This document shows, piece after piece, positions 13,965-27,587 of a DNA stretch of 64,000 nucleotides. Source of the DNA: the human T2T-CHM13v2.0 reference genome, Homo sapiens; assembly GCF_009914755.1 (NCBI RefSeq), contig NC_060930.1. One strand, given 5' to 3'. The notes beneath the pieces were generated by a model. It ran no database searches. It had not been told where the DNA came from and worked only from the letters and a program-made list of their open reading frames with translations. Position 1 is the stretch's first letter. Every line of letters starts with the position of its first letter. The translations under genes were made by a program, and so were the position numbers.

Positions 13965-14290
13965 AAACTCATTTCTCCAGTACATTTTTTCTCTCCATTT
14001 CCATAGCCACTACCCTGATCTCAGCCACCATCACTTCTCACCTGGATTCCTAATAAAGTCTCTGAGCCTCACCTTTTATCTACTCATATTACTCTTCAAT
14101 CTATTCTACATACTATGGCTAGAGTTTTGAAAATTACAAACCTGAACTTATTATTTCTTTATTAAAGTACATCAATAAATTTTCATTGTTTTAGTACAAA
14201 GACAAAATTTCTTCATGACTGTTATGAAATTCACAGAATGGCCCTTACCTGCTCTTATACTTCAACTTGTCCAGCTCTCTCGTATTTAGG
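13965..14290 (+). mobile_element. L2 fragment
   Basis: ctctccatttccatagccactaccctgatctcagccaccatcacttctcacctgga. Confidence 0.75.
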
Positions 14291-14299
14291 CTTTATTTT

Positions 14300-15220
14300 C
14301 AAACCTGGTAAGTTCGAGATACTTAATATACATATAAATTGGAGGTACTGAATAAAAAAATGTTACATGCAAGTCATGAGTTCAAGAAAGACTGTTAACC
14401 TAGATGCATAACCCTGAGAAACATTAGTGTTCTTATGTGCTAAAAGCAATGAAACTGAGTTTACTTAAAGAATATACATAGATACAGAAGATTAGAACTC
14501 AAATATCTAAAGAAAACATGCTCTACAGCACAATGCAATCATACTATTCAGCCTTTTAAAAGAAGTAAATTCTGTCACTTGTGACAATATAGATAGAATT
14601 GGAGAACATTATGCTAAGTGGAATAAGCCAGGCACGGAAAGATGAATACCACAAGTTCTCACTTCTATGCAGAATCTAAAACAATTGAACTCATAGAAGC
14701 AGAGAGCAGGATGGTGGTTATAGTCGCTGCAGATTGAGAGAAATGGGGAAATGATGGCCGAAGGGTAAAAAATCTCAGAAACGAGGAATATATTTTTTAG
14801 TTCTATTACACAGCATGGTAAATATGGTTAATAATAGAGTACTATACATTTCAAAATTGCTGAGAATAAATTTCTAATCCTCCCACGGCAAAAAAAGTTA
14901 AGTATTTGAGATAATGGATTTGCTAACCAACTTGACATAATAATTCACATTGTATTTACGAAACATAGCATCACTTTGTACCCCATAAATGTACATCATT
15001 ATAAATTACCAATTTATAATTTAAAAAATAAAATTATAAAATTGTAAAAGCAAATATAAGAAAAAGAAGTCAAAGACCTGATTGCTGTAGCATCCAGCAT
15101 TTAGAGGTGAGAAAAATTAAAAAAGGAAAAGCAGAGTAAAGTGAGAAGAAGCTGCCAGTAAAGCAGGAAAGAAACCAGTGTCATTTTTCGGAAAGAGATG
15201 AGGAATAAAAGAAGGTACAA
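14300..15220 (-). mobile_element. L2 fragment, split by an L1MA 3' end
   Basis: gagttcaagaaaga on the left; ccagcatttagaggt..gctgccagtaaagcaggaaagaaaccag on the right. Confidence 0.55.
14508..15050 (+). mobile_element. L1MA 3' end
   Basis: ggagaacattatgctaagtggaataagccaggcac; catcactttgtaccccataaat; A-rich tail. Confidence 0.9.
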
Positions 15221-15269
15221 TCACTATAATATGTCAAGAAAAAGACATAAATTTATGAAGATTGAAAAT

Positions 15270-16710
15270 GACAAAAAAAAAGCTGTTGTATTCACAAAGT
15301 ATGTTACTATCCGTATAGAAAACCCAATGGAATCTAAAATTTTTATAAATAATGCAGAAATCTAGTAACTTCAGTAAATATGCAATCAATATACAAAAAT
15401 CAATGTTTTTCTGTCTGTAACAAAAGTGAAAAAAGCATAGTTTTGCAAGGATTCTATTTTCCATAGCAACTCCTTTTTCTCCTGAATCTCAACTCAACTG
15501 ACTTTTTCAACTCAATCTCTTTTTCTTTTCATGCTTTGTGTATGTGTATGGGTGTGTACCACAGGCATATCTCTGATAAAATGTGAGCACAATCTTTACA
15601 GAGCAAATTACAAAATCTTATTGAGCTATATTACATAGAAACATATATCTATATACCACATTGATATATAGGAAATGTTAGTATCTTTAAAATATCAATT
15701 ATCTTCAATTACTCTATAAATTCACAATATTCTAAACAAAATCTCAGTAGTTGTGAAGTACTTGGAGGAACTTGACAAGTATAACTTAAAATATATGTAG
15801 AAATGCAAAAAGCTAAGAATAGCCAAAAATTTGCAACACTGGCTTCGGTAAAAGTATTAAACAAAGATAGTGTTGGAATAAAAATCACAGATATGAGTTT
15901 ATGGAATTTTTATAGATGACAGAATTGGCATTTCAGTTCAGAAAAGGATGGAATAGTATTTAATAATTTGTAATATAATACTTATCAATGGTGGGGTTGG
16001 GAATAGATCTCTATGTTGATATCAAAATCAGTTCCTCATGCATTAAGCACTTCAATGTAAAAAGAAACATTTTAGAACTCTCAAAAGAAACCATATAAGA
16101 ATATATTATTTTCTCACAATAGTTTAAAATATATTAAACAAGATCAAAAAGAAAAAAACACAGTACATAAAATATTGCTAATTCATGTACATTCATATTC
16201 AGAGTACTGTTCTTTAAATCATAAGAAAAAATTATCACAAACTAGGTAGGATATATAGAGGAAATATAAGCACAAAGTGTTAATATACCAAATATATAAA
16301 GAAAAACACCAGAAACTCCATGGGATAATATGACAAAGATATCAACTGTCCATAAATAAATAAGGATAAGCCAGTGAACAATACGTATATGAAAATATGA
16401 AGAATCTCACTAGTAAGAGCTCAGTAAGAGGTCTAAATTTTACTTTCATTAGTTTGGCAGAAAGTAAAAAGTGTATCAATATCAGGCATTTATAGACATG
16501 GAGCAATAAGAAACACCACCTGACGTTGCTAGAAATTAATTATATAAAACCAAACTGAGAATAATTTGCCCCACCGTATAGAAAAATTTATATTAACTCT
16601 AAGACTCAATAATCTTACTCTTAGTTATAAACTCTAGAGAAACTCTTGCACACAAACACAAAGAAACATACGTAAGAATTTTCTTAGAAGTTCTGGTTGT
16701 AAAAAAAAAA
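15270..16710 (+). mobile_element. L1ME ORF2/3' fragment
   Basis: tagaaaaccca, atcaatatacaaaaatcaat, gaacttgacaag, aagaatagccaaaa. Confidence 0.75.
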
Positions 16711-16720
16711 GAAAATGGAG

Positions 16721-16958
16721 GGCTGGGTGCTGTGACTCTCTCCTGTAATCCCAGCACCTTGGAAATGGAGGCAGGAGGATTGCTTGAGCCCAGGAGTTCA
16801 AGACCAGCCTGGACAACAAAGTGAAATTTCATCAATGCAAAAAAAAAAAAAAAATTTCAATTAGCCAAGTGTGGTGGCATGTGCCTGTGTTCCCAGTGAA
16901 TCAGGAGGCTGAGGCAGGAGGACTGCTTGTAGCCAGGAGATTGAGGTTGCAGTGAGCT
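16721..16958 (+). mobile_element. AluJ lacking its 3' end and tail
   Basis: AluJ diagnostics ggaggattgcttgagcccaggagttc; stops at gcagtgagct. Confidence 0.9.
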
Positions 16959-16964
16959 TGTTTT

Positions 16965-17958
<994 letters not shown>

Positions 17959-18159
17959 AAAATGGAAGTAGTCTAAATGTCTGTGATCACACACACAAAA
18001 AGATTATACTATATTCATGCAATGGAATCCTACATACCAGATCAAGGAAATGAACTAAAGCTACATTTATCACACAATCAAGGTAATAAACATATCCTTC
18101 ACCTCTAGAAGTTTCCCTGTTGTGTCTGTTTCTATTTTTTATGGTGTTTTAATATAATA

Positions 18160-18596
18160 CAACAACCCAGCAATTGTACTCCTGGGTATTTATTTCAACA
18201 AAATGAAAATTTATGTCCATACAAAAACCTGTACATGAATGTTCAGAATGGCTTTATTTGTAATAGCCAAAAGTTGAGAACAACCCTAATGTCCTTCAAT
18301 GGGTGAATGAATAAAAATAAATAAATATCCATAATATAGACTACTAGTCAGCAATTAAAAGGAAGGAGCTAGTGATATACTATACTACTTGCATGTATTT
18401 CAAGGGCATTATGCTGAGTGAAGAAAGTCAACCATAAAAAGTTACACACTGTATATTTCCATTTATATAATATTATCAAATGACAAAATTATTGTCATTT
18501 GTGATGTCATTGTGACAAAGCTAGGATTAGGAATTTTCTTTGTGTTGATAGAATGGTTCTGTGTCCTGATTGTGGTGGTGGTTATATGGATCTGTA

Positions 18597-18663
<67 letters not shown>

Positions 18664-18925
18664 GACAAAAAAAAGTATCATGCTATAAACCAAAAACAAA
18701 ATAAAACAAATATATGTAAAAACTGGTGAAATCTGAAGAAAGTCTGTAGTTTACTTAACAGTATAGTATCAATGTGAGTGTCCTGCTTTGGATAATGTTC
18801 TGTGCTTATGTAAGATGTTGTTATTGGAGAGAGCTGAGTAGAAAGTCCAAGGATAAGCTATGTATTACGATTGTAGCTGGCTATGAGTCTTAAACTGTTC
18901 CAAGATAAAAAGTTAAGCAAAAAAA
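18160..18925 (+). mobile_element. L1MC/MD 3' end
   Basis: acccagcaattgtactcctgggtatttat, caagggcattatgctgagtgaa, aaaactggtgaaatctgaa. Confidence 0.85.
18597..18664. repeat. Compound tetranucleotide STR (TCTG)4(TCTA)12TCTG
   Basis: Counted directly. Confidence 0.97.
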
Positions 18926-20336
18926 TTTAGACTCTTCTGCTTATTTCTCTTATTATGCAAAAAAAAGGGCCTAACCAAGTATTCAGAAATCACTTTTTTC
19001 CTTCTAAGGAAGCCTGACCACCTTTCACAAAAACACATTTAAATACTAGCTACTTCAATAAATAGTTCTTTGTGTAGTCATGCAGCAGTCTTTAGTAACA
19101 TAAGACTTTTCCAAATTGCCACTAACAGAAAATTATTATTAGTGTGACTTCGCCTCCTGAAGGAACTTGAACTCACACATGCACTCACAGCAGGAACAGA
19201 CTTAAGCCTGCTGGGTTTTCAAGCACTGTAATGTAGTGAAGCAAGAGAAAGGCAGCATGAAGGAAACAGGGAGGATGTAGAAGGAGCCTCACTCTAATAC
19301 ATCACTGGTTTAATTCTCTTCTCCCATTATGGCATATTTAGCCTGTTATAAAGGTTAGGGATTTTTGATAATGGTAAATCTATGCAGAGTAAGGTCCATC
19401 TGTATTTTAAAATCCCCAATAAAATATACAAACTCCCTGTATATATTTATTTATATCCATTTAAAATGCTGAAACTCCCTCTTCCATTCATTAGCTGTTT
19501 TGTTGTCTTCACAAAAATCATGGGGAGAAAACATTTAATTAGTATTTCACCTTAAATGAATAGAATGGATAAGAAACCAATTAGTCTTTAGATAATAGAA
19601 AGTCTAATTAGCCACCAAGTATTCAACAGAAAATCTTCATTGTTTTCCTTTCTGTAACTGAGGCAGCATGCACGGATCAGATCAGAATCCCAGGAGTGCC
19701 TAATCTAATCCCTCTCCTGCCTCTAACGTATTGCTAAAAGCATAAACAGATCGCTTTATTGAGAGATTAATACATTTAGCAAATATACCTGAGGGTAGCA
19801 GTGCTTTGAATGTGTGGAATGTGATTGGGAACTCCGGAAAACAAGCTTACTCTTCCATAGTCTAATACCTGTCACTTTATTGTTGTGAAGAACAAGATGA
19901 CAAGAAGCAAACACTAAAAGCATTCCACGGAACCTGGAAGTGTGTGTGTTTGTTTGTGAGCACATGCACATGTGAGCGTAGTGAGAGTTCAACCAGGGAA
20001 GACTCAACTTTAAGGGCAGAAACAGAGGACATGACTATTAACTAAGATTTGAACATTCTAAAATTGACAGGTAAAGCATGAAGGAGGGGGATGTCTATTT
20101 AAATACGTAGAAGCTAAGTGTTTAGCTCCATTCACCACGCCTTCTTGCCTTGTTCTAGATGAATTTGGCAATTTGTCCATCTTGTTACACAGATGACAGA
20201 TCATCACTGCTCTATTGAGCTTCCACACGGCAGTGGAAGAAAAAGAAGAGAACTTGGCCCCATGGGCAGGTGAATCTACAAGTGAAAATATCAGGAAGAA
20301 TAAAGCAATTATCATTCTCCACAACAAAATACAGTA

Positions 20337-20686
20337 CAGACAGACCTCAACTTATGATGGTTGAATATAGGATTTTTCAACTTTACGATGCTGTGAAAGC
20401 AATACACATACAATGGAAACCATACTTCAAGTACCCATACAACAATTCTGTTTTTCACTTTCAATACAGCATTCAATAAATTACATGAGTTAGTCAACAC
20501 TTTATTATAAACTAGGCTTTGTGTTATACTATTTTGCTCAACTCTTGTTCCTGTTGCTCTGAGCACATTTAAGGTAGGCTAGGCTCAGCTATGATGTTTG
20601 GTAGTGTAGGTATATTAAAAGCAGTTTTGACATATTTTCAACTTACTGAGATGTGTGTGACCCCATCATATGTAGTGAGGCATCTG
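20337..20686 (-). mobile_element. MER47A (TcMar-Tigger MITE)
   Basis: TIR-like ends cagac.. and ..catctg, TA on both flanks, internal ttaaggtaggctaggct. Confidence 0.9.
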
Positions 20687-20804
20687 TACTCTCCTGAGGA
20701 TGGAGAGCAGCTTCCTGAAGTCTCCTAAGTAAGGTATATCTAGAATGGAGGGTGACAGGAAAGACCCATACACTAAAATGTAAAGACATAAAATATAAGC
20801 AGCA

Positions 20805-21653
20805 GACATTTATGCAGCCAAAAAACCATGAAAAAATGCTCACCATCACTGGCCATCAGAGAAATGCAAATCAAAACCACAATGAGATACCATCTCACAC
20901 CAGTTAGAATGGCAATCATTAAAAAGTCAGGAAACAACAGGTGCTGGAGAGGATGTGGAGAAATAGGAACACTTTGACACTGTTGGTGGGACTGTAAACT
21001 AGTTCAACACTTGTGGAAGTCAGTGTGGCGATTCCTCAGGGATCTAGAACTAGAAATACCATTTGACCCAGCCATCCCATTACTGGGTATGTACCCAAAG
21101 GACTATAAATCATGCTGCTATAAAGACACATGCACACGTATGTTTATCGCAGCACTATTCACAATAGCAAAGACTTGGAACCAACCCAAATGTCCAACAA
21201 TGATAGACTGGATTAAGAAAATGTGGCACATATACACCGTGGAATACTATGCAGCCATAAAAAATGATGAGTTCATGTCCTTTGTAGGGACATGGATGAA
21301 ATTGGAAATCATCATTCTCAGTAAACTATCGCAAGGACAAAAAACCAAACACCGCATGTTCTCACTCATAGGTGGGAACTGAACAATGAGAACATATGGA
21401 CACAGGAAGGGGAACATCACACTCTGGGGACTGTTGTGGGGTTGGGGGAAGGGGGAGGGATAGCTTTAGGAGACATACCTAATGCTAAATGACGAGTTAG
21501 TGGGTGCAGTGCACCAGCATGGCACATGTATACATATGTAACTAACCTGCACATTGTGCACAAGTACCCTAAAACTTAAAGTATAATAATAATAAAATAA
21601 CATAAATAAATAAAAAAGAAAAAAAGAAAAGAAAAAATAAAATAAAATAAAAT
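20805..21653 (+). mobile_element. Young 5'-truncated L1PA3-like insertion (ORF2 C-terminus and 3'UTR)
   Basis: ORF 21011-21382 is the L1 ORF2p C-terminus ending SLIGGN. GAG (not ACA) at the Ta-diagnostic site. Perfect TSD aaaatataagcagca at 20790-20804 and 21654-21668. Confidence 0.97.
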
Positions 21654-23469
21654 AAAATATAAGCAGCATTGAGACCATTAACATTCCTCAGGCATCACAT
21701 CTGCAATGTTGAGCTGCTTACCAGATTTTTCATATTTCAGAATTGAGTGCTTTCATAATAGCGTCCAAGAGCACTGTTTGAATTTAGAAAGCAATAAGAT
21801 TATAATCTTTAAATCCCATCTCAAGTAGCTTAACCTCTTTGAGAATCAATTCTTTATTAGCAAAACAGGACCTTGTACAATTAGTTCTTATGTGTCTACA
21901 TTTTATGAGGAATAGTATCCCATCATTAGCAGCCAGGTCCTTAAATGGGGCTGAAGTCACCCAGCTCACAGAATAATAGAAACTACATGAATCCTGTGGT
22001 GCTCAAGACATCTAAAGAATATTAAATATCCAAGTCTAGCCTAAACTGGGAGTGTTCGCAAGCACTTGATTTGAGTCCCCAGCCTACATTCCAGTATTTT
22101 CTAATGGCTTTGCAATTCTGTCCCCTCCCCCCTGCTATCATAATAACTTTTATATCTTCTAAACTGAATTAAAGAGGAATGAAGGAAATTTTTGAGTGTT
22201 TTCCTTCAGAGGACAGGCATATGCCACTCTATAACACGCACTAACCACTGACTACAGACTTCCTGTGGCCCTATGCCCTATGTAAATATGAGATGTGAGA
22301 ATTATGTTCTTCACCTTCCTTCTATGCAGCTTTTAGGTCACAATCACAAATTTCAGAGAAAAATGCCATCTGACTCTCCAACCATCAGTTGAATAGATGA
22401 ATCTTTTTTTTTTTAAAGAGCTTTGAGAAAGCAGAATGAAATGCTGGAGGAGGCTGAGAGGAGAATCAAAAGCACTAAGCCCTGATTTAACTCAATTTCT
22501 GATTGAATATAAGCATAGTGAATATTTGATTCCTAACAATATGTAAAATAATATTAATACATGCCAGAACTTAGAGGTAGTAGTGCTCAATAAATAATAT
22601 TTTATGTATATATATGTGTGTACATGTGGGTGTGCATATATGCACCTACACTCATACATACATACAAATTATCAGTAAAATTAAATATAAATTTCAGTGT
22701 TACTTTGGGATAGACTCCCAACGATCAAAAAATTGCCAAGTGTGTGCCCTATTATGATATTCAAAGCTCTCTGGTTAGTACATAATTTTTCATATTATAA
22801 TTTCATGACATCAAATTTCACAATCTCCCAGATTGTTCAGGAGGGAGGCAATCTAGAATTTCTTCTATCATTTTCAAAAAATTGTCTCTAAAGTTATGTC
22901 TCATAGAAAAGTCTTAACTTATGAGATAATAATGTTTTTAATATTTTTCTACATACAGGGTAAGGTTTCAACAATTATTCACCCATTCTTTCTTTTTTTT
23001 TTTTTTTTAGTGCTTTATAGTTTCCTTAGGATTATATCCTAAATCATTCCCTCTCGTACACAGAAGGTCTTCCCTTCTCAGTTCTTGCAGTGACGCAATA
23101 TCAGTGCTACTATGATCATACATTATATTTTAAAAATAACCTGCACCATGACATGGACATTTTTATGGGATTCTTATACATATCTTTTATGCAAAAGAAG
23201 GCTATTGTTTAAAATTAAATTGTATCTTTAGGAAAATTTATGCCTCATCCATATATTCAGAAAACTGCAGAGACATGTTCTGAATTTAATTATTAAAAGC
23301 ATGCAAGTCAGTCACACATATATTTACCAAATTATGGACAATGCTAATCTATTCCATCCAGAAAACTATGAACTTTTAGCAGTTTCTTAAATGGGATTAT
23401 TCATAGCCCAGATTAATTTATTCTGCTGAATATTCTATATTTTGGTAGCTTAACTTTCAGCATGTTGCC

Positions 23470-23837
23470 TGTATTAGTCTGTACTCACATTGGTAATAAA
23501 AACATACCCCAAGACTGGGTAATTTATTTAAAGAAAAAGAGGTTTAATAGGCTCACAGTTCCACATGACTGGGGAGGCCTCACAATCATGGCAGAAGGCT
23601 AAGGAGAATCAAAGGCATGTCGTACAAGGTGGCAGGAAACAGAGTGTGTGCAGGGGAACTGCCTTTTATAAAACCATCAGATCTTGTGAGACCTATTCGC
23701 CATCATGAGAACAACAAGAGAAAGACCCACCACCATGATTCCATTACCTCTCACCAGGTCCCTCCCATGACCCGTGGGGACTATAGGAGCTACAATTCAA
23801 GATGAGATTTGGGTGGGGACACAGCCAAACCATATAA
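23470..23837 (-). mobile_element. THE1 (C-like) MaLR solo LTR
   Basis: tgtattagtc..gggacacagccaaaccata; perfect TSD ttgcc. Confidence 0.95.
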
Positions 23838-24002
23838 TTGCCATATATGAGAAACTCCTAAAGACAAATTAATAAAATTACATTATTTTCTTTTTCTCAA
23901 ATTCATCTTTTTTCTTTCAAAATCACTGATCATTTGGGAAAAACAAAAATAATTATTTAATACTAATAAAGCAACATCATACTTTAAAAGCATATTATCA
24001 AG

Positions 24003-24270
24003 CAGTGGGAATAGTTTTTGGACTGTGGGCTTTCAATTCAGAAAGATGTGAATTTCAATCCCAATTTGTTTCATTCACTAACTGAATAAACCGGAGCAAA
24101 TAACTAAACTTTGTTAACTTTAGTTTCTTCATCTCTAAAATGGAGATATTGAGTCTACCAGACTCAAAGTAATACTGTGAAGAGAAAATTTTAAAATATG
24201 TGAAAAAGTCTTGAAATCTTGAAACATTTTTGAAACACATTGTTAGAACACATTAAGGAATTACTTCTGC
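24003..24270 (+). mobile_element. MIR
   Basis: Core agtttcttcatctctaaaatggagat. Confidence 0.8.
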
Positions 24271-24279
24271 TACTACTGT

Positions 24280-24718
24280 TGAAACCGACCCAATAGACCC
24301 ACAGACAGTGTTTTTGGACAAACACAAAAATTGACCCTTCTGGTTTTAAAGCTTGAAACTTACATTTGTTTTATCTGATTTTATTCTTCAGGTTAGGACC
24401 CCCAGGCCTCTCAAAAATATCAAAGAGCCAAAACTGACCAGATCATCACATCCAGACAATGAGATGCCAGTCCCTTCATTCACCATGACTGCATCCTTAC
24501 CCCTCCCAAGTTCCTATTTTCCTACACATCATTATATTTCTCTCCTGCTATATAAAACCCCTGATTTCAGTGAGTCACAGAGATGGACTTGAGACTGTTC
24601 TTCCAACTCCTCGGCTGCAGCACCCAATTAAAGCCTTCTTCCTTGGTAATAATCGTCTCAGTGTTTGTCTTTGCGGGCAGCAAGCAGCAGAATGTAGACC
24701 GAATCCCTGGTGTCATCA
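24280..24718 (+). mobile_element. ERV solo LTR, LTR47-like
   Basis: Starts tgaaaccgacccaatag; TATA ctatataaaa ~24548; ATTAAA ~24627. Family name less certain. Confidence 0.7.
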
Positions 24719-24724
24719 ATTCTT

Positions 24725-26760
24725 TTTTTCACCTGTGTGGTTTTCATTGCATTATGTGCATTTACTGTAGTGAATTCATCTAATTCTTTCTGAAGGGCAT
24801 TCATGTTATTTCCAAGCTTCTGTTAATACAAACATTGTCACAACGAGAAATTCATGCATATGTTAATTAATTTTTTGTAACCCTATCTTTTTTGATAATA
24901 TCATAGAAGTAGGATTGCTCATTGTCAATATAAATGTATATATGATTTTCCTAAATATTCTAAATTTACTGTCATCTTTGGTTGGTAATTTTGCATTACT
25001 ACAACACTGTATGAGAGTGATGGGGTCTCCAAAGCCTTACCACAAAGTATGTTGTCAAACTTTTGAATTTGTATCAATCTGATTGTGGAGAAATCGTATC
25101 TGAAGTTTATTTAACTTGCACTTATTTATTTAATTGCCTAATTTCTTATTATGCAGGATGTTATGCACCTTTCATTTTACACCCTGCTTATATATTTTCT
25201 GTGAAATACATGTTTGCATATTTTGCCTGTTTTTCTATCATGTTATTACATTTTTTCTCTCAATTTTTAGAATCTTTTCATATATAAGGGCAGTTACAGC
25301 TATTGCAAATATCTTTCCTCATTTTCCATTTTACTCTGGTGATGTTTATTTGCATGTACTTATTTTAAATTTTTATGTAGTAAAAATTATCCATGTTGAA
25401 TGCCACAGGATTTTTTTTTCACTTTTAGATTTTGATTCATGGTTAAGAATATCTTTCCTATTGACAGTTAAAAAGAAATTTATCTTTCTGTTATTATTGT
25501 TTCACCTGTTAGTTTTGTACAACTTCACCTTTTTATTTAGATCTCTGATCTTTTGAAAATTCATTTTAATGTGTGACATAAGGAAATGATCCAATTTTTT
25601 CTTTTTCCAAATTACTTTCACATTATCCAAATATCATTTACTTAATAGTTTTTTGTTCTTTTTGAGAAAGTATCTTTATCATATACTAAATTTACATGTG
25701 CCCTTCTGTTTAATTGCTGATTTTTCTATTATGTTCTTTTCCTTCTGTAGTTTATTTCTATAAAAATATCACACTTTTAATTAGATAGACTTGCAATATG
25801 TTTTAATAACTTCTAAGACTATTTCAAATGTATTGCTTTTATTTTTAGGGTTTTTTTAGGATTATTCTTGCTTATTTACTTTTCCTATGTCCTCTTATTT
25901 TAAAAACAGCTTGCCTAGATCCAGAAAAAGAAAAACAAACTTGTTTCTTTCAGGAGCTTAAAATTATTAGATAATGTTACCATATTTCTTATAATTTTTA
26001 TGCCTAGATATAACATTGTTGATACTATAACTGTGATTATTTACACATTTAAAATTATTAGATAATGTTACATTTTTTTAATTTTTATGCCTAGGTATGT
26101 TATCAGTGTGTTGACATTGTAAATATGATCTTTTCCTCCATGATAACTTTGATCTGCCTATTTTTACATAAGGTTTATAATTTTATTTCTTTATTTATTT
26201 TTATTATTTATTTACTTATTTTGAGACAGAGTATCCCTCTGTTGCCCAGGCTGGGGTGCAGTGGCGCGATCTCAGCTCACTGCGACCTCTGCCTCCTGGG
26301 TTCAAGCAATTCTCTGCCTCAGCCTCCCGAGTAGCTGGGATTACAGGCACCCGGCACCATGCCCTGCTAATTTTTTTTGTATTTTTAGTAGAGACAGGGT
26401 TTCACCATGTTGGCCAGGCTGGTCTTGAACTCCTGACCTCGTGATCCACCTGCCATGACCTCCCAAAGTGCTGGGATTACAGGCATAAGCCACTGTGCCG
26501 GCCCTGTTTATAATTTCATATATTTATTTAATTCTCCCAATTAACTAAATTCTCTTATGTTTTCAGGGTTTTTTTAGCTAAACATTATATCATCTGTAAT
26601 AATTTTGCATGTTCCCTTTATATTCTTATGCCTCTTGTCTAATTACTGTGACTACTCCCCCCATCACAATGTTACAAAGTAGTGATTGTGGGCATGCTTT
26701 TCTTCCTTGCTTTAACAGGAATACCTGTGTTCGCTTCTCCACTATGTAGGATAGAATTCT
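24725..26760 (-). mobile_element. L1ME fragments
   Basis: T-rich reverse L1: agaagtaggattgct, tattgcaaatatcttt, catttacttaatagt. Confidence 0.7.
26185..26503 (-). mobile_element. AluSg-like
   Basis: gacctcgtgatcc (2-nt deletion); TSD gtttataattt; (TTTA)n tail. Confidence 0.93.
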
Positions 26761-26769
26761 GGCTGGAGT

Positions 26770-26800
26770 ATGTGTGTGTGTATGTGTGTGTCTGTGTGTG
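26770..26800. repeat. Imperfect (TG)n
   Basis: Directly visible. Confidence 0.9.
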
Positions 26801-26902
26801 CGAAATGCTTTTTTAAATATCTATGGGAAGGACTATACAATTTTTGCTCTTTGTTTTTGTGTTTTTTTAGATCTGTCGACAGGGTGAATTATCTTAGAGT
26901 CA

Positions 26903-27582
26903 GTATTAGTCAGGGCTCTCTAGAAAAAAGAATATGAGGCAATAATTAAAATGTTAACACTTCACTTGAAAGCTGAAAACCCAAAAGATGCCAAGGGTGT
27001 GATGAAACAAAAAATGAAATGAGGTTAAGGGAGAAAGGATGCGATGCAATTGCATGTGGTGTATTGCAACACAAGCAACTGCTCCAGGAAGTATCAAAAA
27101 CAAAAATAGAAACTGCAGGTCCTCTATCAGGTCCATTCACTGGGCACAGGGGATATACCTGTGGAAAGCCTGAAAAGAAAAATCTCACTTCTGTGTAACC
27201 CACAAGTGGGATCATTTATCCACTCAGTTCCTTCTCTCCTCGAGTATCTCACTGGTTAAGGTCTCCCCATTTCCTAACGACTACCAAACATTGCAGGTTG
27301 CATAATACATTTCTAAGAGGCTGGTCAGAAGTCAGACCCTGTGCTCTGCAATGGATAATTTTATCCAAGTCTGGATGTGTCAGGATAACTTAGCTCAAAT
27401 ACGGCTGAGTGTTTTGAGATTGAGAGATATGCAAGAGCTAGACTTCCTCTTAGATGCTATTTAGCTAGGAGGTCTCCATAAGGGTGCCGAAAATGGCAGT
27501 AGTTATGCATGGGAAGCATTAAAATTCTCAGAATGAACAAGTTGCTGAGGAAATTCTGAGGACGCACACAAAATTGGATTCC
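26903..27582 (-). mobile_element. Probable old ERVL-class LTR, family unresolved
   Basis: Begins gtattagtcagggctctctaga, an MLT2-like terminus; the remainder is only weakly LTR-like. Confidence 0.4.
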
Positions 27583-27587
27583 TGTGT

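Noticed and set aside
21011-21382. 123-aa intact ORF as a host gene
   Set aside because: It is the L1 ORF2p C-terminus of a truncated insertion.
25063-25556. Hydrophobic 140-aa membrane-like ORF
   Set aside because: A translation artefact of T-rich antisense L1 sequence.
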